DNA from: Ranitomeya imitator
Taxonomy: Eukaryota
Direction: 5' to 3'
NCBI RefSeq assembly: GCF_032444005.1
Contig: NC_091290.1
Location: 2,356,001-2,420,000, forward strand
DNA: 64,000 bases
Positions within the stretch are counted from its first letter, which is position 1. Every line of letters begins with the position of its first letter. Made by a program: the position numbers and the translations under genes. A model generated the notes under the pieces. That model was given only the letters and a program-made list of their open reading frames with translations, was not told where the DNA came from and did not search any database. Positions 62,511 through 64,000 of the stretch are shown here, piece by piece.

Positions 62511-63070
62511 GGCCGGCAGCATCTCCAGACTTGTTTCCATTGAGCACATCTGGGACATCTTTGGTCAGGGATTACACAGGAGCTGCCGGCAGCATCTCCA
62601 GACTTGTTTCCATTGAGCACATCTGGGAAATCTTTGGTCGGTGATTACATAGGAGCTGCCAACAGCGTCTCTGGACTTGTCCCCATCCAGCACATCAGGA
62701 ACGTCATTGGTCGATGATTACGCAGGAGCTGACAGCAGCGTCTCTGGACTTGTCCCCAACCAGCACATCAGGAGCGTCATTGGTCGATGATTACACAGGA
62801 GCTGCCAGCAGCGTCTCTGGACTTGTCTCCATCCAGCACATTGGGGACGTCATTGGTCGGTGATTACACAGGAGCTGCCGGCATCCTCTTCAGACGTCTC
62901 CATTGAGCACATCAGGGACATCATTGGTTGGTGATTACACAGGAGCTGCCAGCAGAGGATCATGATGATTTATACATTCAGCGGCAGAATGTTCCTCAGA
63001 CGACCATTAATGATCTCAGTGACAGCAGCTGAGGCCGCAGGTGCCGGGATTTGTGCACGAGGCTCAGACT
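62511..63070 (+). pseudogene. Tc1 transposase C-terminal relic whose SPDL..IEH segment is amplified as a 73-bp repeat x6
   Basis: Units translate, with two 1-bp deletions, as PAASPDL.PIEHIWD.(I/F)G..L..ELP. The single-copy continuation is ELPAEDHDDLYIQRQNVPQTTINDLSDS. Confidence 0.75.
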
Positions 63071-63610
63071 CCAGACTCCAAATTGTTAAAATTCAGCCCC
63101 TATTCATCGTTTGCATCTTTTTCATCCTCTTGCTTTTTTCTCTTCTGGTTTTAGTTGCCGTTTTTGGAGTTAAATTCCTAAAAATGTCACTTGCAATTCA
63201 TGAAATGCTATTGTTTTTCAATCTTTAACTGTTCTTGTGACTCTTTAGGGCCAAAAGAAACACATTTGGGAAATGAGGCAAAATTTGCCCCAAAATACTG
63301 GAGTACACAACAGCACAGCAGGGAGGACTGGAGCAGACTTGCGCCAAATGTTGATGAATCAAGTGAAAACATATCGCTAAACCACCTAGAAAGAGGAAAA
63401 CAAACAAATAAAAAAGAGCGGGCAGATATAAAATGGACTTATAAAGGGAGGGATAAGAATATTGAATTTGGTGTAAATAAAAAAAAAAATTGCAAAATAG
63501 ACAAAACTAAACAAAAAAGTGCAAAGGCAATGATGAGAGGATGTTAGTTTCCATTTTTTTGCGCATTTGCTGATCAGTAACTTTTGTCCACCCAGTGATT
63601 TCCAGCATCC

Positions 63611-64000
63611 AGAGCATTATACTGCCTCTGTACAAATCCCTAGTTAGACCGCACATGGAGTACTGTGTCCAGTTTTGGGCACCGGTGCTCAGGAAGGATA
63701 TAATGGAACTAGAGAGAGTACAAAGGAGGGCAACAAAATTAATAAAGGGGATGGGAGAACTACAATACCCAGATAGATTAGCGAAATTAGGATTATTTAG
63801 TCTAGAAAAAAGACGACTGAGGGGCGATCTAATAACCATGTATAAGTATATAAGGGGACAATACAAATATCTCGCTGAGGATCTGTTTATACCAAGGAAG
63901 GTGACGGGCACAAGGGGGCATTCTTTGCGTCTGGAGGAGAGAAGGTTTTTCCACCAACATAGAAGAGGATTCTTTACTGTTAGGGCAGTGAGAATCTGGA
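63611..64000 (+). mobile_element. 5'-truncated CR1 LINE ORF2 C-terminus running off the window
   Basis: ILPLYKSLVRPHMEYCVQFWAP..KDIMELERVQRRATKLI..RLAKLGLFSLEKRRLRGDLI..TRGHSL, open to the window end. Confidence 0.93.

Overview
Eukaryotic (vertebrate) repeat-dominated non-coding DNA. The repeat repertoire looks anuran, probably dendrobatid-like; that is my recognition and is unverified. I found no host protein-coding gene, tRNA, rRNA or CRISPR array. About 25 kb (~39%, hand tally) is tandem minisatellite of 15-20 unrelated unit types, which explains nearly all long ORFs in the track. Interspersed elements: three young copies of one DD34E Tc1 family with ~200-bp IR-DR TIRs, a 5'-truncated L2 LINE, two CR1 fragments, a decayed L1/Tx1-like fragment, solo LTRs, several PIF/Harbinger-type MITEs with 3-bp TSDs, a hAT-like MITE, three minus-strand non-autonomous Helitrons and Penelope-like remnants with hammerhead-type motifs. 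There are three assembly gaps. The most notable structures are: a direct CTAG|TC head-to-tail Helitron junction (45255/45256); an 861-bp tandem duplication preserving filled and empty versions of one Tc1 insertion site; a 73-bp minisatellite built from the catalytic-Glu segment of a Tc1 transposase; and a Penelope-type inverted-end element whose inversion junction clips a minimal hammerhead core. I found no convincing new biological system; these are unusual instances of known processes.
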